Shown here piece by piece: positions 1-9,366 of a DNA stretch of 64,000 nucleotides. The first letter of the stretch is position 1. Every line of letters starts with the position of its first letter. Location: contig JBNKUV010000104.1 of NCBI GenBank assembly GCA_050298815.1, forward strand, positions 21,631 through 85,630, written 5' to 3'. Origin of the DNA: Polyangiaceae bacterium. Its GTDB lineage: Bacteria > Myxococcota_A > Polyangia > Polyangiales > Polyangiaceae. The notes below the pieces were generated by a model. The model was given only the letters and a program-made list of their open reading frames with translations. It did no database searches and had not been told where the DNA came from. The translations under genes and the position numbers were made by a program.

Positions 1-2
1 TG

Positions 3-206
3 AAGGCGCTGGCACACAAGCTCAAGGGGAGTGCTGGTAGTATTGGGGCAAGGCGACTGGCTGAGGTCTGCAACCGCTTGCAGATCCACGCTCCGACCGT
101 CGCCGTCGCTGAACTTCCGGCGTGGGTGGAGCTGATTGAACGATTGCACGCGGCTGTGAGAAAACGAATCGAGCTGCCGCCCCTCTTGGAGTCCTCCGCA
201 CCATGA
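3..206 (+). CDS. Hpt (histidine phosphotransfer) domain protein, 3' part; 5' end lies outside the window
   Basis: Frame 3 reads KALAHKLKGSAGSIGARRLAEVCNRLQ...; HKLKGS is the classic Hpt phospho-His motif. The TGA at 204-206 overlaps the next ATG (ATGA). Confidence 0.7.
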   Translation, partial: KALAHKLKGSAGSIGARRLAEVCNRLQIHAPTVAVAELPAWVELIERLHAAVRKRIELPPLLESSAP

Positions 207-640
207 CAAATCCAAACGACGAAAAGCTGCGCCTGACTTCACGGCGCGTATTGGTCATCGACGATGATGACGTTGCACGTGAGTCCATGGTGGAGCTGCT
301 GCGCAAGGAGGGTCATCACGTGACAAGCCTACCCTCTCCCATCGGTGCGACGAAGCACGTGGTTCAAAGCAAGGTGGACGTCGTTGTCATTGACGTGATG
401 ATGCCGTCGCTTCGTGGCGACAAGTTGGCCTCGCTGCTGACGAAGAATCCGAAACTGCGCAAACTAGGCATCGTTCTGGTGACGGGGGCTCCCGCGGAAG
501 AACTCAATCGCATCGCCAGTCTGGTCAACGCCAGCGCGGTCGTCGAGAAGGACAAGGCGTACGTCGACTTGGATCCTGCGGTGCGTCGGGCAGGACTAAG
601 CGGCACGACGTGGAGAGAGTTGGCGGCGGCCGAGGTATAG
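203..640 (+). CDS. Single-domain response regulator (REC)
   Basis: RVLVIDDDDVARESMVELL ... VVVIDVMMPSLRGDKLASLL ... IVLVTG is a typical receiver-domain pattern (acidic pocket, phospho-Asp, conserved T/K region). It is translationally coupled to the upstream Hpt ORF. Confidence 0.85.
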   Translation: MTNPNDEKLRLTSRRVLVIDDDDVARESMVELLRKEGHHVTSLPSPIGATKHVVQSKVDVVVIDVMMPSLRGDKLASLLTKNPKLRKLGIVLVTGAPAEELNRIASLVNASAVVEKDKAYVDLDPAVRRAGLSGTTWRELAAAEV

Positions 641-658
641 CGCGATCGGTCCGACACA

Positions 659-1648
659 CTAGAGTCGGGCGGTGACGTACTCAGCAAGGGGCTGTTCGGG
701 CCTCGCGCCAAAGTGAGAGATGATCTCTGCGGCGCACAGAGCGCCCCAACGACCGCATTCGGTCAGGGACTTGCCCCGTGCGTAGGCGTACAAGAACCCC
801 GCCGCGTAGAGATCTCCCGCCCCAGTGGTGTCGACTACCTGGTCGACGGGTTCCGCTACCATCTCGACAAACTCTGATCCGGAGATGAGCAAGGCGCCAT
901 CAGCCGAACGTGTGAGCGCGGCCACTTTGCAGCGGCTACGTATGTTGGCAGCGGCCCCTGATAGGTCGTTCGTTTCGCACAGTGAACAGATCTCAGCCTC
1001 GTTGGCGAACACGATGTCTACGTGGTGATCGATTAGATCGTTGAACTCCTGGCGGTGCCGATCCACGCAGAACGCATCCGAGAGAGAGAGCGCTACCTCC
1101 CGATTGGCAGCCCGCGCTGCCTTCATCGCCGCGAGGCACGCTTCTTTGGCGTGGGGCTTGTCCCAGAGATATCCTTCGAGGTACGTGATCTTGCTGTCGG
1201 CAATCACCGAAGTGTCGACGTCTGCGGGTGTCAGCTCGGTGCAAGCGCCGAGGTACGTGTTCATCGTGCGTTGCGCATCTGGGGTAACCAACACGATACA
1301 GCGTGCGGTGGGGGCGCCACCTTCCAGCGGACGGCTCTCGAAATGCGCACCGGTCTGCTGGATGTCTTGTGTGAACGCCTGGCCGAGGGCATCTTTGGCG
1401 ACCTTGCCGATGTAGGCGCAGCTTCCTCCCAAAGCAGCGATGCCGGCGACACTGTTCGCGCAGGACCCACCAGACTGCTCCACCGTGTTTTGCAGCTCGA
1501 GGTAGAGCTTGTCAGCCTGAGCCTGGTCGATGAGCGCCATGCCGCCCTTCGATAGCCCATGCCGTTCTAGAAAGGTGTCGTCGGTGCGAGCGAGCACATC
1601 TACAATGGCATTGCCGAGGCCGGTGACGTCAAAGCGGGAATTGGGCAT
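659..1648 (-). CDS. PfkB-family kinase, adenosine-kinase-like
   Basis: 329-aa ORF. N-terminal GLGNAIVDVL and C-terminal DTTGAGDLYAAGFLYAY match the PfkB signature DTxGAGD. Confidence 0.8.
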   Translation of the reverse strand: MPNSRFDVTGLGNAIVDVLARTDDTFLERHGLSKGGMALIDQAQADKLYLELQNTVEQSGGSCANSVAGIAALGGSCAYIGKVAKDALGQAFTQDIQQTGAHFESRPLEGGAPTARCIVLVTPDAQRTMNTYLGACTELTPADVDTSVIADSKITYLEGYLWDKPHAKEACLAAMKAARAANREVALSLSDAFCVDRHRQEFNDLIDHHVDIVFANEAEICSLCETNDLSGAAANIRSRCKVAALTRSADGALLISGSEFVEMVAEPVDQVVDTTGAGDLYAAGFLYAYARGKSLTECGRWGALCAAEIISHFGARPEQPLAEYVTARL

Positions 1649-2013
1649 GGTTTTCTGGCTCCTTGGGGTCCGTTTCCACGCTTGAATTGGCGCGGCGCTG
1701 CTACCGCTTTACGGACCGCGTGTCTGCAGGTCAAGGGCGGGGCCTCCGCATAGCTTGTGGGCTTTCATTTCGGAATTGTCGATTTCTCGACTCGTCCGAG
1801 GCGACTGCAACCAGCTCTTGCGTTCCGTCAGAAAAAAAGCAAAAGCTGCGCTCCAATGGCCCAATTTGTACCGAGAGGCGTGTTCGCCGCAGTGGTCACG
1901 ATGGTCACGTCCATTGACCGCTCAGGCGAGAAGACTGTGAAGTTGCCGTCGGCTGGCGCCAACGAGGCAGAGAGGCAACACATTCCATCAGCCGTTGAGG
2001 AGTACACAGCACT

Positions 2014-2817
2014 ATGAAGCTCGCGTTGCATGGAGCCACTGGGCGTATGGGGCGTGCGATTGCACGCCTGGCGACGGAGGCAGGAGACATTCAGATAGTT
2101 GGTGCCGTTTCGCATCCAGAGGACGAAAATCAGGGCAGGGATGTCGGCGAGCTTGCTGGAGTAGGCCCCCTGGGTGTCTTCGTGGGGCCCGATTTGGATT
2201 CGGCGCTGCTGGGAGCCGACGTGCTGATTGATTTTTCCCTGGCGCCAGCCTTTCCCGCCGTCGTCAAAGCCGCGCGCCAAGCCAAAGTGCCGCTCGTTGC
2301 CGGAACGACGGGGCTAACGCCGGAGATGATGGCCCTGGTGAACGAGGCTGGCAGCGAGATCCCCGTTCTCTGGGCGCGGAACATGAGCTTCGGCATCCAA
2401 GTGTTGGCCGTGCTCGTCAAAGACGCAGTGGCCCAACTCGGCAAGGACTTCGACGCGGAGATCGTCGAGGTTCATCATCGCCGCAAGGTCGACTCACCCA
2501 GCGGAACGGCGAAGCGCCTGATGGATGCGGTCGCCGAGGGGCGCAGTGACGCCAAGGCGCTCTACGAACGCCACGGCCAAGTTGGTGCCCGCACCGACGC
2601 CGAGGTAGGCGTCTTTGGCTTGCGTGGTGGTGACGTGATTGGCGATCACACGGTGCATCTGATGGGCCCGGGCGAGCGCATCGAACTCACCCACCGCGCT
2701 ACGAGTCGCGACGTGTTCGCGCACGGCGCGCTGCGAGCCGCTCGTTGGCTTGCGACACAGGCGCCGGGGAACTACTCGATCGAAGATGCCGTGCGCGTTG
2801 AAATGGGTCGCACCTAG
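2014..2817 (+). CDS. dapB: 4-hydroxy-tetrahydrodipicolinate reductase
   Basis: GATGRMGRAI NAD-binding loop and the EIVEVHHRRKVDSPSGTAKRL motif (ExHHxxKxDxPSGTA), typical of DapB; 267 aa. Confidence 0.9.
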   Translation: MKLALHGATGRMGRAIARLATEAGDIQIVGAVSHPEDENQGRDVGELAGVGPLGVFVGPDLDSALLGADVLIDFSLAPAFPAVVKAARQAKVPLVAGTTGLTPEMMALVNEAGSEIPVLWARNMSFGIQVLAVLVKDAVAQLGKDFDAEIVEVHHRRKVDSPSGTAKRLMDAVAEGRSDAKALYERHGQVGARTDAEVGVFGLRGGDVIGDHTVHLMGPGERIELTHRATSRDVFAHGALRAARWLATQAPGNYSIEDAVRVEMGRT

Positions 2818-2870
2818 CAGCCTCGAGGGCGGCGTCGGTTCCTACCCGCCTGCAATCGCAGCCCGACGTT

Positions 2871-3869
2871 TCAGGACTTGCTGTTCAAGAGCACCTCGTC
2901 CACATCCTCGTCGCCACCGTCGTCCTCGTCGTCGAGGTCGTCGTCAGATGGCATCGTGCGAACGTTCCAGTGCGCAGGGATGCGTTTCTGGAGACTGACG
3001 TAGACTCCGACGTAGCCGGCCAGCGCCGGAATGATGCTCAACAGCTGGCCTTCCGTCAGTAGAACGGAGCTCGGCAGGCTGTGCATTTGTTCGAGTCCTT
3101 TGGCAATGAACCCAGGGCAGACGGAGCTGTCGAGGCACACCGCCCACTCCTGGAAGTCCTTCCAGTACTCGACGATGAAGCGGCCAGTGAAGTAGAGCGC
3201 GAAGAAGAGCGAAATCATGACGCCCCGGGGGCGCTTCTCTTTGCCAAGCATGCGATCAGCGATGACCAGCGCAGCCATGACGGCCATGCCCATCACTGCT
3301 TCGTAGAGTTGGCTTGGGTGGCGAAGGGGCGCCTCCATGCCCAAGTGCACGTCCGGCGGGTGACGCAGAAACCGCACTCCCCAGCTTTGGTCTGTTTGCC
3401 GGCCAACGATCTCGGAATTGAAGAAGTTGCCGAACCGGATCAGGATCGACCCCAATGCCGCTGAGAAAGCGAACCGGTCGCAACCTTCGATGAAGGACTG
3501 GCGGCGCAGCTTCGTGAATACCCACATTCCGACGAGCAGTCCGATGGTGCCACCGTGACTCGCGAGTCCGCCCTCCCAGATGCGGAACAACCACATCGGA
3601 TCGGCCGCAAACTTGTCGAAGTCGTAGAAGAAGACATGCCCCAATCGACTGCCGCCGAGCACCGCAATGACGCCGTACATGACGAAGTCACTGGCGTCCT
3701 CTTCGGAGCCGCCGGCTCGGCGGATCTGCCAGTCGAGCAGTCGGTAGCCACCGAGGAAAACTCCAACGTAGAGCAGGCTGTAGTAGCGAATGCCATCGCC
3801 AGGCATCCACGACATCCAGTCGGGATACTTGAAGATAGTCGGGCTCAAGTCCCAGTTAAAAGTCGGCAC
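2871..3869 (-). CDS. lgt: Prolipoprotein diacylglyceryl transferase
   Basis: IWEGGLASHGG, RFGNFFNSEIVG and multiple TM segments. The track ORF (2871..4493) is over-extended into the thiC leader. A GTG at 3869 is preceded by AAGGAG with a 6-nt spacer. The C-terminal tail is acidic. Confidence 0.85.
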   Translation of the reverse strand: MPTFNWDLSPTIFKYPDWMSWMPGDGIRYYSLLYVGVFLGGYRLLDWQIRRAGGSEEDASDFVMYGVIAVLGGSRLGHVFFYDFDKFAADPMWLFRIWEGGLASHGGTIGLLVGMWVFTKLRRQSFIEGCDRFAFSAALGSILIRFGNFFNSEIVGRQTDQSWGVRFLRHPPDVHLGMEAPLRHPSQLYEAVMGMAVMAALVIADRMLGKEKRPRGVMISLFFALYFTGRFIVEYWKDFQEWAVCLDSSVCPGFIAKGLEQMHSLPSSVLLTEGQLLSIIPALAGYVGVYVSLQKRIPAHWNVRTMPSDDDLDDEDDGGDEDVDEVLLNSKS

Positions 3870-4065
3870 CCCGGGCTCCTTGTGAACGTGCGGTTGAGGG
3901 GAGCGAAAGGTCCAGCTGGCGCTGGCATCGCTTGGCGCGCCTATGTAGCAAAAAGCGCGCGCGATTGGGCTCAGCCGACCTGAATTTCCGCCATGTGTCC
4001 AGAGTCCGACTGAGACGTGCCGGGTTTCCGGCTGCCCGCCCGGAACCCTTGGCCCTACGCCAAGG

Positions 4066-5889
4066 GTGCGAAAGGAGAAGCCGAGTTTGCAGCTTGCGGG
4101 GCTTGCCGATTTCGACAACACCAGCCGAACTATGCCGACGATACCCCTCCGTGGCGCCCAGAACCCCTCGACTCTCGGCGAAGGAACGACACCCGGTTCC
4201 TTTGCCAATGTGGCACAGGTCGGCGGACCATTGACCTTCTCGTCACCCGACACGCCGGGAATGCCCGAACCCAGTGACAAGACAGCGTGGGACTTCATGC
4301 CCCGCGATTGGGTGCAGAGTCCCGAAGGGTGGAAGCCGCCACCAGGGTTCTCCGCAGTGACGCAGCTCGAATACGCGCGTCTCGGAGTGGTGACCGAGGA
4401 GATGGTGAAGGTCGCACAACGCGAGCGACACTTGACCGCAGACCAGATTCGCGTCGAGGTCGCTGCGGGGCGGATGATCATTCCCGCCAACAAGGTGCAC
4501 CTGCGTTACGAGCTCTCACCGATGTGCATCGGACGGGCTTCACTGACGAAGGTGAATGCCAACATGGGCGCTTCTCCCGTGTCTTCCGGAACGGAGGACG
4601 AAGTCGAGAAGCTCCGTTGGGCTGAGCGTTGGGGCGCAGATACGGTGATGGACCTGTCCACCGGCGGCGATCTGGATGCGTGTCGTGACGCGATAATTCG
4701 CGCCGCTAGAGTGCCAATTGGCACGGTGCCGATCTACAGCATGATCATCGGTCGTCGCATCGAAGACTTGACCGAGAAGGACATCATGGAAGGCCTTCTG
4801 CACCAAGCCAAGCAAGGTGTGGACTACTTCACGATCCACGCTGGCGTGCTGCGAGAGCACCTGCCGTTGGTCCAGCGGCGACTCATTGGCATCGTCAGCC
4901 GTGGCGGGTCGCTGCTGGCCAAGTGGATGCTCGTGCACAACAAGCAGAATCCGATGTACACGCACTTCGATGAGATATGCGACATCATGCGGGAGTATGA
5001 CGTCTCCTTCTCCCTCGGGGACGGTCTGCGTCCCGGTGGCCTCGCGGATGCCACGGACGATGCGCAGCTGGCCGAACTGGCGACCTTGGGTGAACTCACC
5101 GAGAAGGCGTGGCAGAAGGGCTGTCAGGTGATGGTGGAGGGCCCTGGTCACGTGCCCTTCGACCAGATCGAGTACAACATGAAGCTCCAGCGGCGAGTCT
5201 GCCATGGGGCTCCGTTCTACGTGTTGGGGCCCTTGGTAACAGATGTGTTTCCAGGCTACGATCACATGACCAGTGCGATTGGGGCCACTGCTGCGGGCTA
5301 CCATGGCGCGGCAATGCTCTGCTACGTCACCCCCAAGGAGCACCTTGGTCTGCCAAAGAAGGAAGACGTGAAACAGGGTTGCGTGGCCTACAAGATAGCT
5401 GCACACGCATCCGACGTCGCCTTGGGTATCCCAGGCTCGCGCGATTGGGATGACGATCTGACGAAGGCTCGCGCAGCGTTGAACTGGGAGAAGCACTTCG
5501 AACTGGCCTTCGACACCGACGTGGCGCGCGCGTACCACGATGAAGACTTGGACGTCGATACGGACTTCTGCGCCATGTGCGGGCACGATTGGTGTTCTGT
5601 GCGCATCTCGAAAGACATCCAAGAGTTCGCCTCAGGAAAAGCGGACGGTTTCGGCCGGGAACGAGTGATGCAGTCTGCCGCTCTGACTGAAGAACAGAGA
5701 GAGATTCTGCAGAAGCGGGGGGTGCTATCGCCAGAGGAGCTGCATCGCCTTGCAAGCAAGACGAAGCGCGCCGTGGTGAGTGATTCCCCCAAGGCCGGCT
5801 GCCATAGCGATCACGCAGGTCCTGATCAGGCGCGCCTGATTCAGAGCGAGCGCCTCAATCGGTCGAAGCGTTCCACGGCCGCTGAGTGA
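4066..5889 (+). CDS. thiC: Phosphomethylpyrimidine synthase
   Basis: [16 protein letters not shown]..., [20 protein letters not shown] and the C-terminal [14 protein letters not shown] Fe-S motif. The start is uncertain: in-frame ATGs at 4132 and 4261 are alternatives to 4066. Confidence 0.9.
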   Translation: MRKEKPSLQLAGLADFDNTSRTMPTIPLRGAQNPSTLGEGTTPGSFANVAQVGGPLTFSSPDTPGMPEPSDKTAWDFMPRDWVQSPEGWKPPPGFSAVTQLEYARLGVVTEEMVKVAQRERHLTADQIRVEVAAGRMIIPANKVHLRYELSPMCIGRASLTKVNANMGASPVSSGTEDEVEKLRWAERWGADTVMDLSTGGDLDACRDAIIRAARVPIGTVPIYSMIIGRRIEDLTEKDIMEGLLHQAKQGVDYFTIHAGVLREHLPLVQRRLIGIVSRGGSLLAKWMLVHNKQNPMYTHFDEICDIMREYDVSFSLGDGLRPGGLADATDDAQLAELATLGELTEKAWQKGCQVMVEGPGHVPFDQIEYNMKLQRRVCHGAPFYVLGPLVTDVFPGYDHMTSAIGATAAGYHGAAMLCYVTPKEHLGLPKKEDVKQGCVAYKIAAHASDVALGIPGSRDWDDDLTKARAALNWEKHFELAFDTDVARAYHDEDLDVDTDFCAMCGHDWCSVRISKDIQEFASGKADGFGRERVMQSAALTEEQREILQKRGVLSPEELHRLASKTKRAVVSDSPKAGCHSDHAGPDQARLIQSERLNRSKRSTAAE

Positions 5890-5923
5890 CGTTGGGCTGA
5901 GTGAGGTTGGGCTGAGTGAGCAC

Positions 5924-6781
5924 TCAGTTCTTATCCAACAAGCCGCGTAGCTCAGCGGGAGTGACACGAAACTCGCGCTGGCAATAGTCGCACGAAATCT
6001 CCAAGACTTCGCCGTCGTCGACCATGCTCTGAACCTCACTGCGGTTCAGGCTCGCCAGAGCGCCGAGCATGCTCGATCGGCTGCACCAACAACCGTAGTT
6101 GAACGTGCTGGAGTCCAGGGGGGTATAGGGCATTCCCCACAGCAGCTCTGCCATCAGCGACTCGGGCGAAAACTCTGGATCCCTGAGGAACTTTTCCACG
6201 CTCTGAAAGTCTTCGAGGCGCTCGGTCATGATGGCGAGCGGTGCACGGTCAGCGCCAGGTAGTAGCTGGATCACGTAGCCACCGGAGGCAGTCACGACGC
6301 CGGCGTCGTCGAACAGGGTTTCGACGACGATCATCGTCGTGATTTGTTCGGACTCCTGCATGTATGCCATGAGCCCATGAGAGACATCGGACCCATCCGG
6401 CACTCCCACGACCCCTTGTTGCACCCGGCCGTCATGCAAAGTGCGTACGACCTGCAACATGGCGTCGTCGAGCTCGAAGCCTGCTTGGGTGTGTTTGCCT
6501 CCGACCAGTCCACGAGTGTTGCCCGTGGGGTGGGAGTCTCCCAGCAGGTACCCCTTTTGGTTCTTGCGTTTGAGGATGCCTTGAACGCGAAGCGATGGCG
6601 ACATCGTTTCGCGAATCAGGACAGCGCCGGTCACGAGATCGCCGAGGTGCCGGGCCGTGGTGCCTCTGGCTTCTTGCGCGGCGAGTACACCGCGCACGGT
6701 CTCCGTTGCGCGGACTGTGACGACGCGGAAGGCTCCGTCGTCAGTCATGGCGCGGCAGATGATGTCGCTTGACGTCGTCAC
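5924..6781 (-). CDS. hslO: Hsp33 redox-regulated chaperone
   Basis: GGYVIQLLPG core and the C-terminal zinc centre GCWCS...SCDYCQREF (CxC...CxxC); 285 aa. Confidence 0.85.
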   Translation of the reverse strand: MTTSSDIICRAMTDDGAFRVVTVRATETVRGVLAAQEARGTTARHLGDLVTGAVLIRETMSPSLRVQGILKRKNQKGYLLGDSHPTGNTRGLVGGKHTQAGFELDDAMLQVVRTLHDGRVQQGVVGVPDGSDVSHGLMAYMQESEQITTMIVVETLFDDAGVVTASGGYVIQLLPGADRAPLAIMTERLEDFQSVEKFLRDPEFSPESLMAELLWGMPYTPLDSSTFNYGCWCSRSSMLGALASLNRSEVQSMVDDGEVLEISCDYCQREFRVTPAELRGLLDKN

Positions 6782-6785
6782 GTAC

Positions 6786-6950
6786 TCACTCCAGGTCTTC
6801 GTCGAGGATAGGGCGGGGTATGCGATAGGATTCGTTGAGCCAGTTCGCCAGGTCGCTCAGTTTGCAGCGCATTGAGCAGAACGGGCGGGCTTCGAAGTCT
6901 GCCGGAACTTCTTCGAGCACCTTCTTACACATCGGGCAAACGATACGCAT
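6786..6950 (-). CDS. yacG: DNA gyrase inhibitor YacG (zinc ribbon)
   Basis: MRIVCPMCKKVLEEVPADFEARPFCSMRCKLSDLANWLNESYRIP. The track ORF is over-extended; the internal ATG is at 6950. It lies 4 nt upstream of hslO. Confidence 0.8.
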   Translation of the reverse strand: MRIVCPMCKKVLEEVPADFEARPFCSMRCKLSDLANWLNESYRIPRPILDEDLE

Positions 6951-7136
6951 GACGATGGAGCCTACAGCGTCTTTTGTTGCCTCGCAGCAAGACGCTCCTT
7001 GCGAGCATGTCTCGCACCGGGCCCATGGCGGCCGCCCGTACTCCGGGGATACACTATAAGTGATTGAGATTATTGCGCAAGTCGCAGGTTTCTTAGGCTT
7101 TTGGTCCGGCTTGCGCCGTGTTAGCGTGCGCGCGCC

Positions 7137-9218
7137 ATGGCGCAAGACTTGCTCTTGGAGATAGGTGTCGAAGAACTTCCGGCCTCGTTCGTAGCGGGGG
7201 CGGTGCAGGCGTTGCCCAAGCTGCTATCAGGCGAACTTTCATCGCTGCGGCTGGAACACGGTGAGGTCAAGGCCGGAGGGACCCCGAGGCGTTTGATGGT
7301 CGTGGCCAAAGCCGTCGCGGAGCGACAGTCCGACTTGGACGAGGAGGTGATCGGCCCACCGGCGCGCGTGGCGTTCGACAAGGAGGGCAAGCCAACGCGA
7401 GCTGCGGAGAGTTTTGCCGAAAAGTCCGGCGTTGAGCTGTCTGCGCTGTACACCGTGGAGCAGCCGAAAGGGAGCTACGTCGCCGCTCGGCGCGTCGAAC
7501 CTGGCCAGCTCGCTGAAACGCTCGTGCCCCGAGCGCTCAAGAAGACGTGCGAAGGTATCTCCTTCAGAAAATCGATGCGTTGGTCGGACGGCGACACGAC
7601 GTTCGGTCGTCCTGTGCGATGGCTCTGTGCACTGTTCGGAGACTCCATCGTCAAGTTCGACTTTGCCGATCTCAGCTCATCGAACATCACCTACGGACAT
7701 CGCTTCCTGTCGCCCACCGCGATGGCGCTCGCGCATCCTGGTGACTACGAGGCGTTGCTCAAACGCGCGCACGTCATCGTCGACGTCGACCGGCGGCAAG
7801 CGCTGATGAATGAGCGTTTGAAAACGGCCGCGACCCAAGTCGGCGGCACGTTGATCGAAGACGCATTCCTCGTCGGCGAAAACGCTTCGTTGGTCGAAGA
7901 TCCCCAAGTCGTGGCAGGCTCCTTCGAAGAGCGCTTTCTGGAACTTCCCGAGCGCGTCATTCTGGACGTGGCTCGTGACCACCAGCGCTACTTCGGCGTG
8001 CGTGATGGTGACGGTAAGTTGATGCCGAGATACCTCGCTGTCGTCAACACCGCCCAGGTTCCCGAAAACGTGCGTCGGGGCAACGACCGGGTCATGCGAG
8101 CACGACTTGCTGACGCCAAGTTCTTCTTTGACGAGGATCGGAAGCGACCGCTCGAGGGGCGAGTCAAAGAGCTGGACGCAGTGCTATTTCAGAAACGGCT
8201 CGGTAGCGTTGGGGACAAGGTCAAGCGCATCACGGCATTGAGCAGGCGCATCGGCGACTTGCTCGGATTGTCGGACGCCGAGATCGACGTTGCCTGCAAG
8301 GCCGCACAACTGTGCAAATGCGATCTGGTGACGTTGATGGTTGGCGAGTTCCCTGAACTGCAGGGAGAGATGGGGCGTTCCTACGCGCTCTTGCAGGGAA
8401 TGCCCAGCGCCGTCGCGGACGCCATTGCCGAGCACTACAATCCGAAAGGTGCGAGTGACCCCACGGCGCCGAGCGCGCCAGGCGCTATCGTCGCCCTCGC
8501 CGACCGTTTGGACACCTTGGTCGGCTGCTGTGCCATCAACATCATGCCTTCGGGCAGTGCGGATCCGCTTGGCCTGCGCCGGGCGGCGATCGGACTGTTG
8601 CGCACTCTGGTTGATCACGAATGGTCGCTCGACCTGAAGGAGTTAATCCGTGCTGCTCATGGCGAACTCCGAGCCGTTCAGTTGGACCTGGATCTGGAGG
8701 AAACGCGTCACAAATTGAGCGGCTTCTTGCGTCATCGTCTGCGCGGGATCTTGTCCGAGGCACTGCCCCAGGATGCTGTGGATGCTTGTCTGGACGCTGA
8801 TGCGACCCGCCCCTACGATGCCGCGCAGCGCGCCCGTGCGTTGGCCGTATTGGATGCGGAACAGCGCGCGCAGGTGGGCGAGGTATTCAAACGGGCGGCG
8901 AACATTGCCAAAGAGGCGCCAGACGGAGAGCCCGTGGATCCTGCCGCGGTTTCGAGTGACGTGCACGAGTCGGAGAAGGCGCTCTATGCTGCCTATCAAG
9001 CGCTCGAGTCGTCCCTCAGACAAGGAGCGCGAGACTACATGCGGTCACTGTCAGCGATTTCGGAGTTCGCTCCGGTGCTCGGCAAGTTCTTCGACGACGT
9101 TTTCGTGATGACGGACGAGGCCGCGGTGCGAGAAAACCGTCTTCGCCAGATGGCAGCGATTCATCGGGTTTGCTCCGAGTTCGCAAGCTTCAACCTGCTC
9201 GCCAAACGCGCGTCCTAG
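7137..9218 (+). CDS. glyS: Glycine--tRNA ligase beta subunit
   Basis: N-terminus MAQDLLLEIGVEELPASFV plus length (693 aa) are typical of GlyS. Confidence 0.9.
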   Translation: MAQDLLLEIGVEELPASFVAGAVQALPKLLSGELSSLRLEHGEVKAGGTPRRLMVVAKAVAERQSDLDEEVIGPPARVAFDKEGKPTRAAESFAEKSGVELSALYTVEQPKGSYVAARRVEPGQLAETLVPRALKKTCEGISFRKSMRWSDGDTTFGRPVRWLCALFGDSIVKFDFADLSSSNITYGHRFLSPTAMALAHPGDYEALLKRAHVIVDVDRRQALMNERLKTAATQVGGTLIEDAFLVGENASLVEDPQVVAGSFEERFLELPERVILDVARDHQRYFGVRDGDGKLMPRYLAVVNTAQVPENVRRGNDRVMRARLADAKFFFDEDRKRPLEGRVKELDAVLFQKRLGSVGDKVKRITALSRRIGDLLGLSDAEIDVACKAAQLCKCDLVTLMVGEFPELQGEMGRSYALLQGMPSAVADAIAEHYNPKGASDPTAPSAPGAIVALADRLDTLVGCCAINIMPSGSADPLGLRRAAIGLLRTLVDHEWSLDLKELIRAAHGELRAVQLDLDLEETRHKLSGFLRHRLRGILSEALPQDAVDACLDADATRPYDAAQRARALAVLDAEQRAQVGEVFKRAANIAKEAPDGEPVDPAAVSSDVHESEKALYAAYQALESSLRQGARDYMRSLSAISEFAPVLGKFFDDVFVMTDEAAVRENRLRQMAAIHRVCSEFASFNLLAKRAS

Positions 9219-9366
9219 GACCCCCGAATGGGGGCTGTTTCGAGACACCACCCCACATCGCTCCGGCCGTCGGACTCCTCGTGGGTGGCGGGTTCGGATG
9301 GGTGCAACAGCCCGGCATCTAAATAGATTATTCGTTGGCGCGGACGTGCCGTAGCGGCAAGGGATC

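Noticed and set aside
1649-2013. Possible lysine (L-box) riboswitch in the 365-bp spacer before dapB (GAGAGGCGTG at about 1873).
   Set aside because: Only a short resemblance to the AGAGGCGC start of the L-box. None of the other conserved junctions could be located by eye. A cmsearch (RF00168) would be needed before claiming anything.
3870-4493. N-terminal 208 aa of track ORF 2871..4493 (lgt extended across the thiC leader and into thiC).
   Set aside because: No Lgt similarity upstream of the GTG at 3869, which has a perfect AAGGAG SD. The extension overlaps thiC on the other strand.
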